Positions 14,201 to 29,200 of a stretch of 64,000 nt of DNA are shown here, in pieces; position 1 is the first letter of the stretch; the number at the start of each line of letters is the position of its first letter. Below the pieces are notes generated by a model that searched no databases, was not told where the DNA came from, and saw only the letters and a list, made by a program, of their open reading frames with translations. The position numbers were made by a program, and so were the translations under genes. Origin of the DNA: Scyliorhinus canicula (lineage: Eukaryota); assembly GCF_902713615.1 (NCBI RefSeq), contig NC_052154.1, positions 25,179,394 through 25,243,393 of the forward strand, written 5' to 3'.

Positions 14201-17200
14201 GATTTCCGGACGGCGTGGTTCACTAGTGCTTTTAAAAATCATGAAACCGGTGTGGCAGCTGCTGAGGGAGAGAGGGCATACGGAAAGTATTCAACATCGC
14301 CATAGTGTGCTGACAGTTGTGCCGCTGGTTGGGCGGCTTCTGCCAGGGTCGGTGGGAGGAGTGGGGGGCGGTCAGGAGGTGAGCTGTGGGGTCGAGATAA
14401 ATGGACAGGGAATACCATTGCTGTAGCTGGCAGGGCAGCCATGCAGTTGCGCACTCCGCTAACAGCCCACTTTGAACTTAGTGCCACGGATTGTATACGT
14501 GTCCCAACCAGGGCACCTCCCTGTGTGCCCTATGGCCCCAGCCAACCCATCAACTGTATGGGCATGCTCCAGCGTAACCAGTGCCATCTTGTGGCTAGGA
14601 TGAGCGTGTGTGGGGATTGTAATGTGTGTGTGTGGCCGCAGCTTGTCAGCCTCCCGAGTGCCAATCATGGACCTGGCGAATCCTGCACCGTTTTTCATTG
14701 GAATCAATTGTGTTCCACACGGCCTGGTGCTAGCCTCTCAATGGTAGCGGAATCAGTCCGGGCGCACGCCAGTTTTTCTGTCATAAAAGTCCAGGGATTT
14801 TGCACTGGCGTCAACACTTAGTGTCAGAATGGAGAATCCCGCCCTGGAGTTGGCATTGATATCTTTCCAACATTTTTGACAAGTGTGATATAGTTCATTT
14901 TTCTTGTTTAATAAACGGTTTATGCTTGGTGTTAAAAGTATACTGGCAGACTCTTGTGAATGTGTTCAGCACCTGACCTCCACGGTTCCTAAAAAAAAAG
15001 CTCGGATTTGTCAAGCCGCATCTTACTTAGAGATTCAAATTTTCCAATATTAACATCAGCTGGGATTGTAACAAAATATATCATAGAATGCAAGTTATTG
15101 CTGTTACCTTCAAATAACACTTCAGGCTTGCAGTACACATGTTCATCGTTTTCCTTCAGTGCATATGCCTTTGTGTCTTGAAGTCTGACAATATTTGTAC
15201 CCAAATCTGTGTTCTACAAAGATAATAAACACTTAAAATTGAGTTTCCCTTGTATTTTCTCCCTTTCAGCCCAATTCCAAAGATAAATAGCTAATTCCAG
15301 AATTTTCTGTTTTATTTTATGTTTACAGCATTTGTAGTATTTTGCTTTTGTGTTGCTTTTGAATAATTTTCTCATCAAAGCCTTTGCTAAGTGTTGGAAC
15401 CACATGAATAACGTTGTTTGTGCACTCCCACCATGAAGCTTGACCATCCCAGTACAATTTATTTTTCAGTAAACTTAATGGACAAAATAAATTCGAAATG
15501 TACAAGCAGGAACTGACAAAACCTTTGTGGTGACATTGGTATCTTTATTGCAACAGTATTTCTTCAAACCCCATACACCATTCCATGTCCACCCAATTCC
15601 TTCCATTTGTCTCTTATCATCCCTATCCATCTAGATCTCCTCCGGAGGTACCTGGCATCACATATGTAAGGCTTCAGCCAATACTATTCATTCCACATGA
15701 TATCAAGAAATGGCTGAAGGTACTGGAGACTGCAAAGGCTATACGCCCTGATAACATTCCGGCAATAGTACTGAAGACTTGAGCTCTAGAACTTGCCACA
15801 CTCCTAGCCAAGCTGTTCCAGTGCAGCTACAACACTGGCATCGACCCAGCAATGTGGAAAATTGTCCAGCAGTCTCCTACACACAAGGAATCGGACAAAT
15901 CCAACCCAGCCAATTACCACCCTATCAGTCTACTCTCCATCATCTGCAAAGTGATGGAAGGACTCATCAACAGTGCTACCAAGTCGCATTTACTCAGCAA
16001 TACCCTGCTCAAAGGCGCTCAGTTTGGGTTCCGCCAGGGTCACTCAGCTCCTGACCTCATTACAGCCTTACTTCAAACATGGACAGAAAAGCTGAATGCC
16101 AGAGGTGAGGTGTGAATTACTGCCCTTGGCATCAAAGCAGCATTTGACCGAGTATGGCATCAAGGAGCCCTAGCTAAACTGGAGTCTATGGGAATCAGGG
16201 GGCAAACACTCTGCTGATTGGAGTCATACCAAAGGAAGATGGCTGTGGTGGTTGGAGGTCAATCATCTCAGCTCCAGGACATCACTGCAGGAGTTCTTCG
16301 GGATAGTGACCTAGGCCCAACCATCTTCAGCTGCTTCATCGATGACTTCCCTACCATCATAAACTCAGATATGATGATGTTTGCGGGTGACTTCACAATG
16401 TTCAGCACCATTCGCGACTCCTCAGATAATGAAGCAGTCCATGTCCAAATGCAGCAACCTGGACAATATCTAGGCTTGGGCTGACAAGCAGCTACTTACA
16501 TTTGTGCCACACAAGTGCCAGGCATGACCATCTCCTACAAAAAAGAGGATCTAACCATTGCCCCTTGGCATTCAATGCAATTACCATCGTTGAAACACTG
16601 ACAATCAACATTCTGGGGGTTACCATTGATCAGAAACTGAGCTGGACTAACCATATTAATACTGTGGCTACCAGGGAAGGTCATAGGCTAGGAATCCTAC
16701 GGCACGTAACTCACCTCCTGACTCCCCCAAAGCCTGTCCACCATCTACAAGGCACATGTCAGGGACGGAATGGAATACTCTCCCGTTGCCTGGATGAGTG
16801 CAGTTCCGACAACACACAAGAAGCTTGATAACATCTAGGACAAAGCAGCCCGCTTGATTGGTCCTTCCACAAACAGTCAATCCCTCCACTGTCGATGAAC
16901 AGTGGCAGCCATGTGTACCATCTACAAGAGTAACTCACCAAGAGCACTGCAGTAACTCACCAAGGTTCCTTCCACAGCACCTCCCAAACTCATGATCACT
17001 ACCATCTAGAAGGACAAGAGCAGCAGATACCTGAAACCCCCCACCTGGAGGCTCCCCTCCAAGTCACTCACCACGCTGAATTGGAAATATATCACTGTTC
17101 CTTCACTGTCACTGGGACAAAATCCTGGAACTCCCTCCCTAACAGCAGGGTGGATGTACCTACACCTGAAGGACTGCAGAGGTTCAAGAAGACAACTCAC

Positions 17201-20200
17201 TACCATTCTGAAGGGCAACTAGTAATGGGCATTAAATGCTGGCTTAACCAGCGACGTCCACATCCCGTAAATGAATCCCATCCTGCTTTTTCTTTACATC
17301 TGCTCAAATATGGACAAGTGATAATTACTTACAAGATGCAGGAACACATCAAATAAAATATTTTCCATCACTTATGACTGATCCTTATGTGCTTCTGGCT
17401 CAGGTCAATGCAGTAGTGGGCACCCAATCTATGTATGCATTGCCCACTGCCAAATTGATGGGATCCTTCTTCAATGTCCCAGGCAGATGCCTGAATTAGA
17501 CATCAGTCCCGTCAAATATGTAAATTAGAGGCACAGTACTTATTAAAGAATCCATTTGAGAAATTAATCGCGGGAAATTGACACAGGCGGTTGTGGCCCA
17601 GCTCAGTCAGATTCTTCCATGGCCAGTCCTTGAGGTAAATATTAACATTTTTGTTTTAAGGAGACACTTTCCTGTGGAACTAGGAGAAGCAGAAGCGTTC
17701 CCTGATCCAATCTCCCCCTCGCAGGCCTTATCTGATGGCCACTACCCGACAAGGTATTAAAGCTTCTTGATCATGCTGCCTACACAATTACGCCAAAAGG
17801 GTCTAAGGCCCAATTTCCGCCGACTCACAGGGATACGTTTGGAGCCAGAATGAAAACAGGCCCAGGTGAAATTTTACCCCACTGATTTTTAGTCACACGG
17901 TGTCTCCAGTCGCAGATGGAACCCGAACACGAGCTTGCTTAATAACCTCTTGAACACTTTGTTTGCCAGCCAGGAAATTGGCAGGTTTCTTGTTGCCAAC
18001 GCGATTTGAGTATGAAATTAGTTTGTCAATTTTAAAATGAGAACGGCGGGGGTGGGGGGGTGCGGTTGTTCGCATTCATTCTGCCCCCTGCTGGCTTGAT
18101 CCCTGCTCCGGGTTATAGTCAACACAGATAATGCTGTACTTCTGAGCAATGAAATCCCTCACCTTAATAAACACAAACAGCCCCACTCCCCTCGAGAGAG
18201 AGCACTCAACAAGTTCAATCCCCGCGAGAGATTTTTAAAAAGTTTTTCCTACTTGGAGGTTTTGTACTTGGAAGCTTCAATATTAAAGTTGTGTTTACAT
18301 TGATTTTTAAAAAGTTTATAACATAGAAAAACAGAATCCTATTTTGCAGGACTGGAATGCAGCATGGTTACTGAGAGTAAGTAATACATGTTCTCTGAGA
18401 ACCGTTTGATTGCTCTGCCAGTTCAACTGAGTTCCCTGTACAATCCTAATTTATTGTACGGAAATGCCTGAACTTTTACCTTGTCGTGTTCCACAGGGAT
18501 TGCAAATCTCTTGCACAATGGAAGACTGGAGCTTTTGCCTTGTGCTTCAAATATACTGTCAGGCGAAGTCATATTTTCTAAATAGAACATTTCATACAAA
18601 CTGTTGTCTTCATATGCAATGATATCAAAGACAACGTGATTGTCTTCCTCATACGCGTTGGCATGGTGGTAAACGACTAGTGCATCCGTGTAGAATTTTG
18701 TGGGTAAAGCCTTCTTTGTTTTTCTGTTTATGATATGAATGTAAGTCTGAAAAACATAGAATTGATATCATTGCAAATTCAAGAAAACAAAGTTGAAACA
18801 TTTTCTGCTGTTCCTCCGTTGACAGGACTCATATCTCTGAATCACAAGATTTTGAATTTGATCATGCCCAGAATTTGATCTAACAATCTAAGGCAGTATA
18901 ATACTAGAGAACCAGTAAGTTGGCAGAGAGTATGGTGATACAATAAATTGAGGCAATGTCTGCCTGTTTAGGTGAATGGCAAAGATCCTATAATAAAGTT
19001 GCTGTATTTTCTGCCTTTGATGGGCTATTTTATAGATGTCTGTCCTCCTGATCATGTGACTCGCAGGTTTAAAATTAAAAGCAGAGCAACTTCTTGGAAA
19101 GCCACAAGCCAGGTAAAATCCAGTGTACCAGTCCACCAAAGGACAGAGTAGAGTTCACCTGAGGGTGCAGAATCCTGGAGCAGAAATTTACTCAGTCTTA
19201 GCTGCCCCCCCCCCCCCCCCCCACACACACACATATCTTTCCCTTCACAAATTCCCCTAACAAAGTGTGTGGCGGCTGCTTTCTCAGCCTGTACACTTCT
19301 CAAGGAATTTGCAGAACTTTTGGTGGGTAGGTGCCATAGCTGCTCCCCTAGCAGCACCAGCACTGAAGGCAATTTCCCTAACCCTGGAGTGCCACCTGAG
19401 GTCAGCAGCAGAACTTCTTGGTAGGTCCATCCGGGCGCTTCTGTTGGGATGCAACCTCCACTGATTTGCTATCTCATGATGCATAGGGAAAAACAAAAGA
19501 CTTTGACCATTCAGCAGTGAGCCATTATATAAGAGTCTGTATTTTCAAGTTGAGTTTTCTCCTGACTTTTAATAAAGAACAAGGTGGGCAGCACAGTGGC
19601 ACAGTGGTTAGCATTGCTGCCTACGGCGCTGAGGACCCGGGTTTGAATCCTGGCCCTGGGTCACCGTCCGTGTGGAGTTTGCACATTCTCCCCGTGTCTG
19701 CGTGGGTTTCACCCCCACAACCCAAAGATGTGCAGGTTAGGTGGATTAGCCACACTAAATTGCGCCTTAATTGGAAAAATAATTGGGTACTCTAAATTTA
19801 TTTAAAAAAATAAAGAACAAGGTATTCAATTAGTTTAAACCTGTTGTTTATTTATGCTACCAAGCATTTCTCTTTTGCTATTTATTAAGTAAGTTGAAGA
19901 ACTTATAATTTAGTCACACGGTCCAATGTTGAGGAAATCATGTGGCAAACATCTAATTCATCTGAGATAACATCCAATGTCAAGGATTTGATTGGAAGCG
20001 AAGACTCATTTGAGATGGTAGTTAATGGTGATAACTTGAGTGTAAAAAATGCAACAGCTTCATGGCTCTATCATGTGTGCAAAATGTTGACCAAACGTAT
20101 CTGCATTTTAACGGACAATATGATGGGTGTGGCAATTACTTCAGATAAGCTGGGGGCATGGTAGCATAGTGGTTAGCACAATTGCTTTACAGCTCCAGGG

Positions 20201-23200
20201 TCCCAGGTTCGATTCCCGGCTTGAGTCACTGTCTGTGCAGAGTTTGCACTTTCTCCCGTGTCTGCGTGGGTTTCCTCCGGGTGCTCTGGTTTCCTCCCAC
20301 AGTCCAAAGATGTGCAGGTTAGGTGGATTGGCCATGATAAATTGCCCTTAGTGACCAAAATGGTTGGGTGGGGTTACTGGGTTACGGGGATGGGGTGGAG
20401 GTGTGGCCTTAGGTCGGGTGCTCTTTCCAAGGGCCGGTGCAGACTTGATGGGCCGAATGGCCTTCTTCTGCACTGTAAATTCTATGATTCTATGCAAATT
20501 CTATAAGCTAACTCCAATTAGGAACAGATAAAGTTACCACAACTCAAGTTGTAAATACTTGTATGTAAAGAAGTTTAAAACATTTTTGTAGGACATCATG
20601 AGGCACCAAATAAGTGTAGATTATTTTCTTGGATGTTTCAAAATTAATCTTCACGATTTAGACATCAAAATCCTACTTATTTATTTAAAACAATGGAAGA
20701 AGGAAGGGTTATAAAGATTGCCCTGGAAAGTACACTTGTGTACACTTTTGATGGGTAGGTGCCATAGCTGCTCCCCTAGCAGCACCGGCACCTATCATTG
20801 TTATGCACGGAAGGGAATTTTGCGCTATTCATTCTAACTTTTACATAAACAAAGATTCTTTACTGAGAGGTATACCTTGGTGGATGTATTTCCAGCAAAC
20901 ATTTTACTGGATGCCAATCTGTGTTTGGACCAGTTCTGGTGCAACGGGGTGTTGGACATGTTGGATGATTTGGACCTCAACAAGGTTGGGATCAATGTCC
21001 TTGTAAGGAGGTTAATTACTGCCATAAGGGAAGGTGTAAACTAATTTGGCAGGAGGAGGGGACCCAGGATTAAGTAATAGAGTGGGGACAGAAGGTGAAT
21101 TGAGGACTGGGAAGATGAACAGCATTAGAATAAAGAGTGGTTCAAGGGCAAGAGAAATCAGACGGGGGAGATGCGAGTCAGACAATTATAGGTTTAGAGT
21201 GCATGTGTGTAAATGCAGAGACCCTCAACAATAGGGTTGGTGAGTGGCAGAGTATCACATAGTGACAATAGCAAAAACCTGGGAGGAAAGTGGGATCAGG
21301 TTGTTGAGTTGGATGATCAGCCACGATCATAATGAATGGTGGAGCAGGTTCGAAGGGACGAATGGCCTCCTCCTGCTCCTATTTTCCATGATTCAAACAA
21401 GGAGGGGGCGGGATGAACACATAAGATTTCTGGCTACAAGATATTCAGGAAAGGTATTGAAGGGAAAAAATGATCGAAGAATCCATTATAGCACTAGAAA
21501 ACAATGATGCAGATATGGTTCAAAGTAGAATCTATTTGGTTAGAATTAAGGAACAATAGAGGAGCTATTATGTGTTGGACATATACCATAGGGTACCAAA
21601 TAGTGGGAGGAGATTACCGCAACAGATCTCTTCGCACATCTTCGCTACTGAGTAGTACTACACTAGGTATGCTTCACCCGATGTCTGCATCTATATATTT
21701 ACATTGAGTATTTATGTATGTCCTATGTTTTTGTCATGTATGGAAGGATCTGTCTGGACTGCACACAGAACAATATTTCTCACTGTACCTTGGTACACGT
21801 GACAATAAATCAAATCCAAATCCAATCCAAGCAGCTAATGTGCTGGCAAACTGCAGAAAAATGAACAAGTGTAGTGATAATGGGAAACTTCCAATTATCC
21901 TAATATAGATTGGGACATTGGAAGTGGAAAGAGGGAGAGCAAGGGAGGAATCCCTGAAGTGTGTCCAAGAAACCGTTCTTGATCCATTTGTTTTCAGCCT
22001 AAGGAAGACGGGAGTCTTAGTTCTGATGAGTGAAGTGGTGCAAGTGGAGCATATTTTAGTGGCAAACATTTGGGAAATAGAGATCACAATACCATCAGGT
22101 TTCAGTATTTATGGAAAAGGGCATGCTGAAATCAAATTTCAAAACACCCAAAAGGAGGAAGGCTAATTTCTGTGAATTGGAGAAGTGATCTGGCCCAGAT
22201 GGATTGGTATCATCGATTAGCAGAGAAAACTGTAAATGAGCAATGGGACGTCTTCAATTTAGCTGGGGAGGAGACACAGTTCTTTGAATGGGAGACTTTT
22301 AGAGATGTTAACAGAGGACAAAATTAATTGGAGTTTGGAAAAACGTGGGTTAATAAATTTAATTTTAAAAATTGTTGGAGGAAATTTGATTGAATTCTTT
22401 GATGAAGTCATGGGGAAGAATGATGAGGGTAGTGCAGTCAAAGCCATGTATTTGGAGTTTTAAAATATGTTGGATAAAGTAGCATATGATCAATTTTGAA
22501 AACAAATCTAAGTCCACGGGATTAAAGGACAGCTCTGTGTGGGTCAGAAAGAAAGCAGAGAGGAGCGGTCAATGATTTTTTTCTTAAACTCAAGAGGAGT
22601 GAGCAATGGTGACCCATTGTGAAGGCAATGTAAATTAAATGTACTAAACTGCAAATTAAATTAAATTTTGTATGGTTTGCAGTTTGAGAGAGACCTGGAG
22701 GTGTGTACTTACCATTAACAACATAAAGGGCGGAACCTTATCAACCACGTGGAGGAAGCTTTGGAGGCAAGAGGGTGGGGAAATTCACGTTTCACGTCAG
22801 GTTTTCTGGCTGGCACATTCTTACCACCTAGCAATCTTGACAGACCTTGCACTGGCACTGACTGGTATGGGCTATTCCCCTTGCAGGGCAGGTAGCTAAT
22901 TTAAGTGCCATGGGGACAAATTGGTGACACTGCAGACTCTTTACTGAAGCAAAGCGCCAAAGGTGCCAAGAGGTGACCTGCCAGCAGGGTCCTGACAGGT
23001 CTCCTTTAATTGTCCCCTGCACCAGAGCCTTGGGTGCCTGGGGGCAGCAACTGCCGGCCATCCTGTGGAGGCATCTCTATCTCTCCTGTTGGGGCTGACG
23101 ACTGTTAACGGCCTCGGGTGCTGCCTGCTGAGCTCACCCGCCGACCCTAGGCATTCTAGGAAGTGGCTACCTCTGTGAAGATCACCAAGATGGGCAGGAA

Positions 23201-26200
23201 ATAATGGACACCATCAGGTTTGGGGCCTCGATATGGTCCCAACACCCGAGAATCTTCTAAGTTGAGAAGCTTCCGCCCATGATTCAAAATCAGACTACAT
23301 ATTTCAAAATGGAATAGGCAATAACCCAAGAAATTCTAGTATTTAAAATCTGCTATGTTAAATAGAAGCAAGTTAGTTCATCGTTATGTTTATCAAAAGT
23401 AGGGCAGCACGGTGGCCTACTGGTTAGCACAGCTGCCTCAAGGCGCTGAGGTCCCAGGTTCGATCCCGGCTCTGGGTCACTGTCCTTGTGGAGTTTGCAC
23501 ATTCTCCCCGTGTCTGCGTGGGTTTCGCACCCACAACCCAAAAATGTGCCACACTAAATTGCCCCTTAATTGTAAAAAACAATTGGGTAATCTAAATTAA
23601 AAACAAAAAATGTTTATCAAAAGTGTTCTGGGTCCATAAAGCATCCATGCGTTTCATCTGGAGTATAGTGTAAAACTAAGATTACCTTGTCATTTGGACA
23701 CCACGTCAGACAGCTGGCCCAGTTCACTCCTTTGAAGTAGGCTGTAGCCATTTTCAGGACATCCAGTTTCAATGGCTGTTCGATGAAGATAATGTAGTTT
23801 TCTGTCATGCCAAAACTGTGGTAGTAACTGGGATTGAGGAGCGAGTGACAAGGAACGGAATATAATATTTCACAATTTTTAAAGCACGCGTTCTTTTTGT
23901 CATCTGTTTGTTTTAAAATAAAGGAAGAATAGTTATCATATTGCAGCAAATCATGAGTTTAAAAGCTAATATGGTACTTTATAACCTGCACAGTAATGGT
24001 GGAAAAGTCCCCAGAGATAAAGATGGTGTTGGTTACAGCTTACTCAGGGAGTCCAAGTTGCTCTGGCAACATGCACTATTTGCATGCATCTTGTAGAGCA
24101 GGACAATGGATCATAGTGATGGTAGAGGACAACTTCCTCATGGCTTTCACATGGCTGACTAGGGATCTCTCACCACCCAACACTGCCGTGCATTGGAAGG
24201 ATTTTCAGGTTGATAGTCAAATTGTTTGGAAGAGGAAGTCACTTCTTCACAATCTTAGATAGTGTCTGAAAATGGCAGTAGTAGTCAACGATTTGGTATC
24301 CCAATGTCAGACATTTTGGCAAAGGTAAATTCAGGACTGGCAGGACTGCCTGGCCCTACGGGACTGACAGCCAATGAGGCTCATTAAGGGCCTTGTTAAC
24401 AGTAATGGAGGCTGGCAGGACTTTTTCCACTTGGCCTCCAGTTTCTCCACATTCCGGGAGGGGCACTTGAACTTCCTGGAGGTAGGCAGCCAGTAGAAGG
24501 CCTGCCCTCCCTGCCTGGTTAAGGGTACAACCAAATTCACCAAAAGAGGGACTCCCAACCCACAGTGATGATGGCCTGCTTTTCTATATTTTAATTAAGA
24601 AGCTCTCTATTTACCATTTATTGCAGCTGAGCACTGCTCGGAAGCTGGAAGGCCTTTGATTATCCTTCCAGCTTCAAAAGCCAAGTCACAGCCCTTAATT
24701 TGACAGGGAACCTAGTTCCATGCTAATTAAGGGGGTGTCTCTGTGTTATGAAGAGAAATTGGATAGACTTGGATTGTTTTCCTTGGAGCAGAGGAGACTG
24801 AGGAGGGACATGATTGAGAGCTATAGAATTATGAGGGGCTTGATAGAGTAGACAGGAAGAAACATTTCCCTTTGGTGGAGGGATCAGTGACCAGGGGCCA
24901 TAGATTTAAAGTAAGGGGCAGGAGGAAAAACCTTTTCATCCAGAGGGGGATGGGAGTGTGGGACTCACTGTCTGAAACAGTGGTGGAGGCAGAGACCCTC
25001 ATAACATTTAAGAAGTATTTAGATGCACATTTGCGATGCAAAGACATACACAGCTATTGGCCAAGTGCCGAAAAATGGGATTAGAATGTTAGGTGGTTGA
25101 TTTTGACCGGGGCAGACGTGATGAGCCAGGGGCCTTTTCTGTCCTGTAGACCTCTATGACCAAGTGATTAGGGTCTAGAATATACTGCCTGAGATGGTGG
25201 TGGGGGCTGGTTCAATTGAAGTATTCAAAGAGTTGTTAGACTGCTAAAAAGGAAGAACATGAAGAGTTAGGGGGAGAAGCCGACACTAGATGAGTTGATC
25301 ATTCAGAGGGCCGGTGCAGACATAATGGGCCAAATGGCCTCCCTCTGTGGTGCAAGGATTCTGGGGTCAATTACCTGACTTGGTATTTGGTATCTTCACA
25401 AACAGGTACTTTGTTTTGCCTTTCTCGGCAATAGAGGTGCCCATATTGTAAGTGTTTCCATTTCCATCATAATGTGGGTGAGATGTTGCCAGATTCAAAG
25501 CAACATATTTTCTGTAGTCAACCTATATAAATATGCCAACGGTAAATTAAGCCGCTCTTCACCTCTGAAGATACAGTATCAAAACATTTATTGTTTTCAA
25601 ACATGCACTTTGCACTTCGTTATAGTGCACTTGAGACATTGGGCTAGTATTCTCCCACACAATTCTCCCCACCCCGAAAGCTCACCGATCGGCCTCTTCC
25701 CCCACCACCTCGCCCCCCCGGGGCTACTTCCTTCAGCGGCTGGCCCCAGAACCCCGGCGCCATGTTGGTGAGGGGACGGAGCACTCCGTGAGGTTATCGC
25801 GCATGCGCTAGTTGGCACCGGCCCAACTGCGCATGCGCGGGACCCAAGGCGTCGGGTGTTGAACGTGCCAAGCCGAGGCCCCGCCCCCGTAAATCGAGCA
25901 ACGCCCCTGCTAGCCCCACGGAGAGTGGAGAATAGGGGTCTGGGAACGGGCGCTGACGCCAGACTAAAACACTCCGGCGTCGGCACTTAGACTCCCGTTC
26001 GGAGAATCCGGCCCATTATTTTAGCATAAATTCAATTGGAGAATATTATGACGCAGATAAATTAAAGCAATTAATAAAGACTGCGCCCACAAATTGATGG
26101 CATATGATGTTAGGCACTGAGGTACTGTACCATGAAACCGGAGGAACGCAGAAATATGAAACTTGTGTGCGGTGTTGAAATTTTCAACCTTCCAGAAGCA

Positions 26201-29200
26201 TTCCATTTTTGATCTCCACTTCTGTGCTGTATTTTGAGGGTTGAGTATGTCTGAACCACATTGTAAAATCTATGGAGTGAAGTTCAGGCCTTTCCTCACA
26301 GGAAGCATGAGAACACTCCAAGGGATGGATCTGCCCAAGTGGAGCAGCATTGTTTGTTCACTGTCTACGGGCTGACTTAAGTGGTATTAATAGAATATGG
26401 GAGTGAATAGCCTAGACATTGTCCCCTCCATAAAACAGTGTGTAAAAAAGCTTTAATTCAGGAGGAAGGTGCAATCAGAAACATTGCTGATCAACTGATG
26501 CAATCAAAAGACGTACAAGGTATTTAACCATTGAATATATGATAGTTAAACATTGGTGACTGTTTCTGTATAAATACAACTGTTCACCGAGCTGTCAACT
26601 AGAATCCTGCAAACAGAGTTTTGTTTTAACCAATCTCACCTTCTCCAATGTTTCAAGTGATCTCGGATCTATCCTCCTGATATAGTTGACCTCTGATGAA
26701 GCAAAGAAATTCTCACCATATTTAATTATATTAATCAAACAATTGTCCGTGAAATCAGGAATGACATGCGTGAGATAGGAAAATGCCCTGTAAATTAAAA
26801 ACAGAGGCATGTTGCTTTGTGTTCAATTCAGTTGTTTTCCATTTTGAGTCAGTGTGCAATGGAACAATTTAGAGCAGACTGTATAAAGTAAGTGGGCGAA
26901 ATTCTCCGCACCCGCGGAAAGTCGGCAAACGGTCGTAAAAATCGGGACCGTTTTACGACGGTCGCGAAGGCTTCATTTCCCGACCGATTCACTTCCTGGA
27001 AATGGGCTAGCAGCGCGGCCGCGTCAATTACGTGCGTGATGACGACGGAACGCGACGACGACACGAACCCGCCCATGTGACGCCGCCCGACGCCGTAAAA
27101 AGGCGCGGGCGACCACAGAATCTGTCGGGCAGGATGTCGGAGCCTAGGCGAGCTGCACCTCGCTTTATTGATGCAGACGTCGAGGCGCTGCTCGATGCCG
27201 TGGAGCAGAGGAGGGGCATCATCCGCCCGCGGAGAGGGCATCGCCAACCTGCCAGCACGGTACGCCAGGCCTGGCGTGACGTGGCTGCTGCCGTCAGTGC
27301 TGTGGGGCAGACCCCTCGCTCAGCAGAGCAGTGCCGAAAGAAGCTACATGACCTCACCAGGTCTGCCAGGGTAAGTGCCATGAGGGTGCCCCCTAGTCAC
27401 AACCATCCCTCCCCCTTAACTGCCCGGGGGGGGGGGGGGGGGGGGAGAGGGATTGGGGCAGAGTTATTTGAGGGTGGTTCACAAAGTTGTCACAGACCCA
27501 GCGCTCTGGCCCCGAGGAGAGATGCAATCATCTGATGACAACTTGCCCCCCTCCCAAACTGTGCCAGTATCAGAACGGACTTCTGAGACCTACCGTTTTG
27601 TAATGATCTACCTATGTTTCCTCCCCCAACAGGCCAAGGCCGGTCATAACCACCGTGAGCGGCACAAGACTGGAGGGGGTTCGCCCAACATGCACCCCCT
27701 CAGCACCTTTGAACAGAGGGCACTGGACCTTGTTGGGGGGTCTGCCACCCGCGATATCGCGCAATGCGAGGTTGGCGGAACTGCAGCAAGTGAGACAACC
27801 CTCCCTGACAAACACCCTCCCCCCCCCCCCCATCCTCTGTCCCTTCACACACCCTGCCCACTGGGACACCTCCCCATCCTCTGTCCCTTCACACACCCTG
27901 CCCACTGGGACCGTCCAGCGGCCTGCCGAGCAAATCGAAATAACCCGTCTCATTCTCTTCCCTAGGACGTGATGCCGAACGACCAGGGCCGTCTGGCTGC
28001 AGACGGAGACACGAATCTGCCGCCACCTCACCCGGGGCCTCACAACAGAGGGTGCCCGATCAGCGGGCAGCCCTATCTGCCCCAACCCAATCTGCGGACC
28101 AGGACGCACAGAGGGTTCGAGGTCCACCACCACCACCAGAAATGGCCAGGGACAACCCTCCTGTCGCTGAGCGGCCCCACACCCTGGACGAGGACCTAAC
28201 CATTGAGAGCGTCGGGCTTGCGGCACTGCTTTCTCCCACCACTTCCATCATCCCAGAGATACACACCCCGGCGGGCCTATTTAGTGATGAGTCTCCTGGG
28301 GCACAGTCTGGTTGGCACATCACAGATGAGCAGGTACAGCAGGTGGAGGTCGGAGCAACAGAGGGCCCGGACTCGCGGAGGCCAGACCAGGCCCAGGATG
28401 CAGCTGGCTCCCAGACGTTTTCGGAGTTCCTGGAGTTTCTCAACCCACCCGCACAGCCGATGCCTCAGGAAACCCAGGGAAACAATGACGGGATGAGGGC
28501 TTCCTTCCAGACTCTGCAGACGCTGTTAGAGGAGTCGATCCGCGTCCAAGAGCAGGGAGTGGTGCCGCTCATGGCAGAGACCCAGTCCGACACCGCACGG
28601 GTGGCATCCGCGGTGGAGGCAATGGGTCAGGTTATGCAAGACGTTGGGATTAATGTGCACGCGTCATCCTCGGCCCTGGACAGGGTTGCCCTCTCACAGG
28701 CAGCAATGTGCCAGAGCCAAACCGACATTGCCGGCGCCCTGCGGGCCATGGCCGAGTCTCAGCAGGTCATTGGCCAGTCGCAGCAGTCAGTCGCCTAGAG
28801 CATCAACCGCCTGACACATGTGCTGGATGGCGTCGTGCACAATCAGGTTGAGATCGCACAGTCCCTGGCGGGAATGTCTAACTCCCTGGACTCCGTCTCT
28901 GCAAACCTTCGGATCCTGGTGGATACCGTTGCAGGCCTCCAGGACTGGCAGCGCCAGGTGTCGGTGGTGCGACGGGGAACCTCCCCGCTCGCACCTCTGT
29001 CCCAAAGTGAGGCCCGGGGGCCACCGGGCTCCCCGAGGGAGGAGGAGGTTTCGGGGCCCGTCCCATTAACTCCATCACGGGACGTCCCGGAATTCTCGGC
29101 CTCCCCCCGTCCCATCCCTGGTGCATCGGGTGGGCAGCAGGCAGAGCAGGGTGGCACAATGTCACCCGAGACGCCCGCAGAGCAGCCTGGCCCATCAAGG

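Noticed and set aside
13482-15073. Possible old solo LTR interrupted by the 13963 MITE
   Set aside because: Has AATAAA and a ...TGTAACA end, but no convincing 5' boundary or TSD.
19586-19660. tRNA genes at SINE heads
   Set aside because: A/B boxes run straight into SINE bodies, with no complete cloverleaf or terminator.
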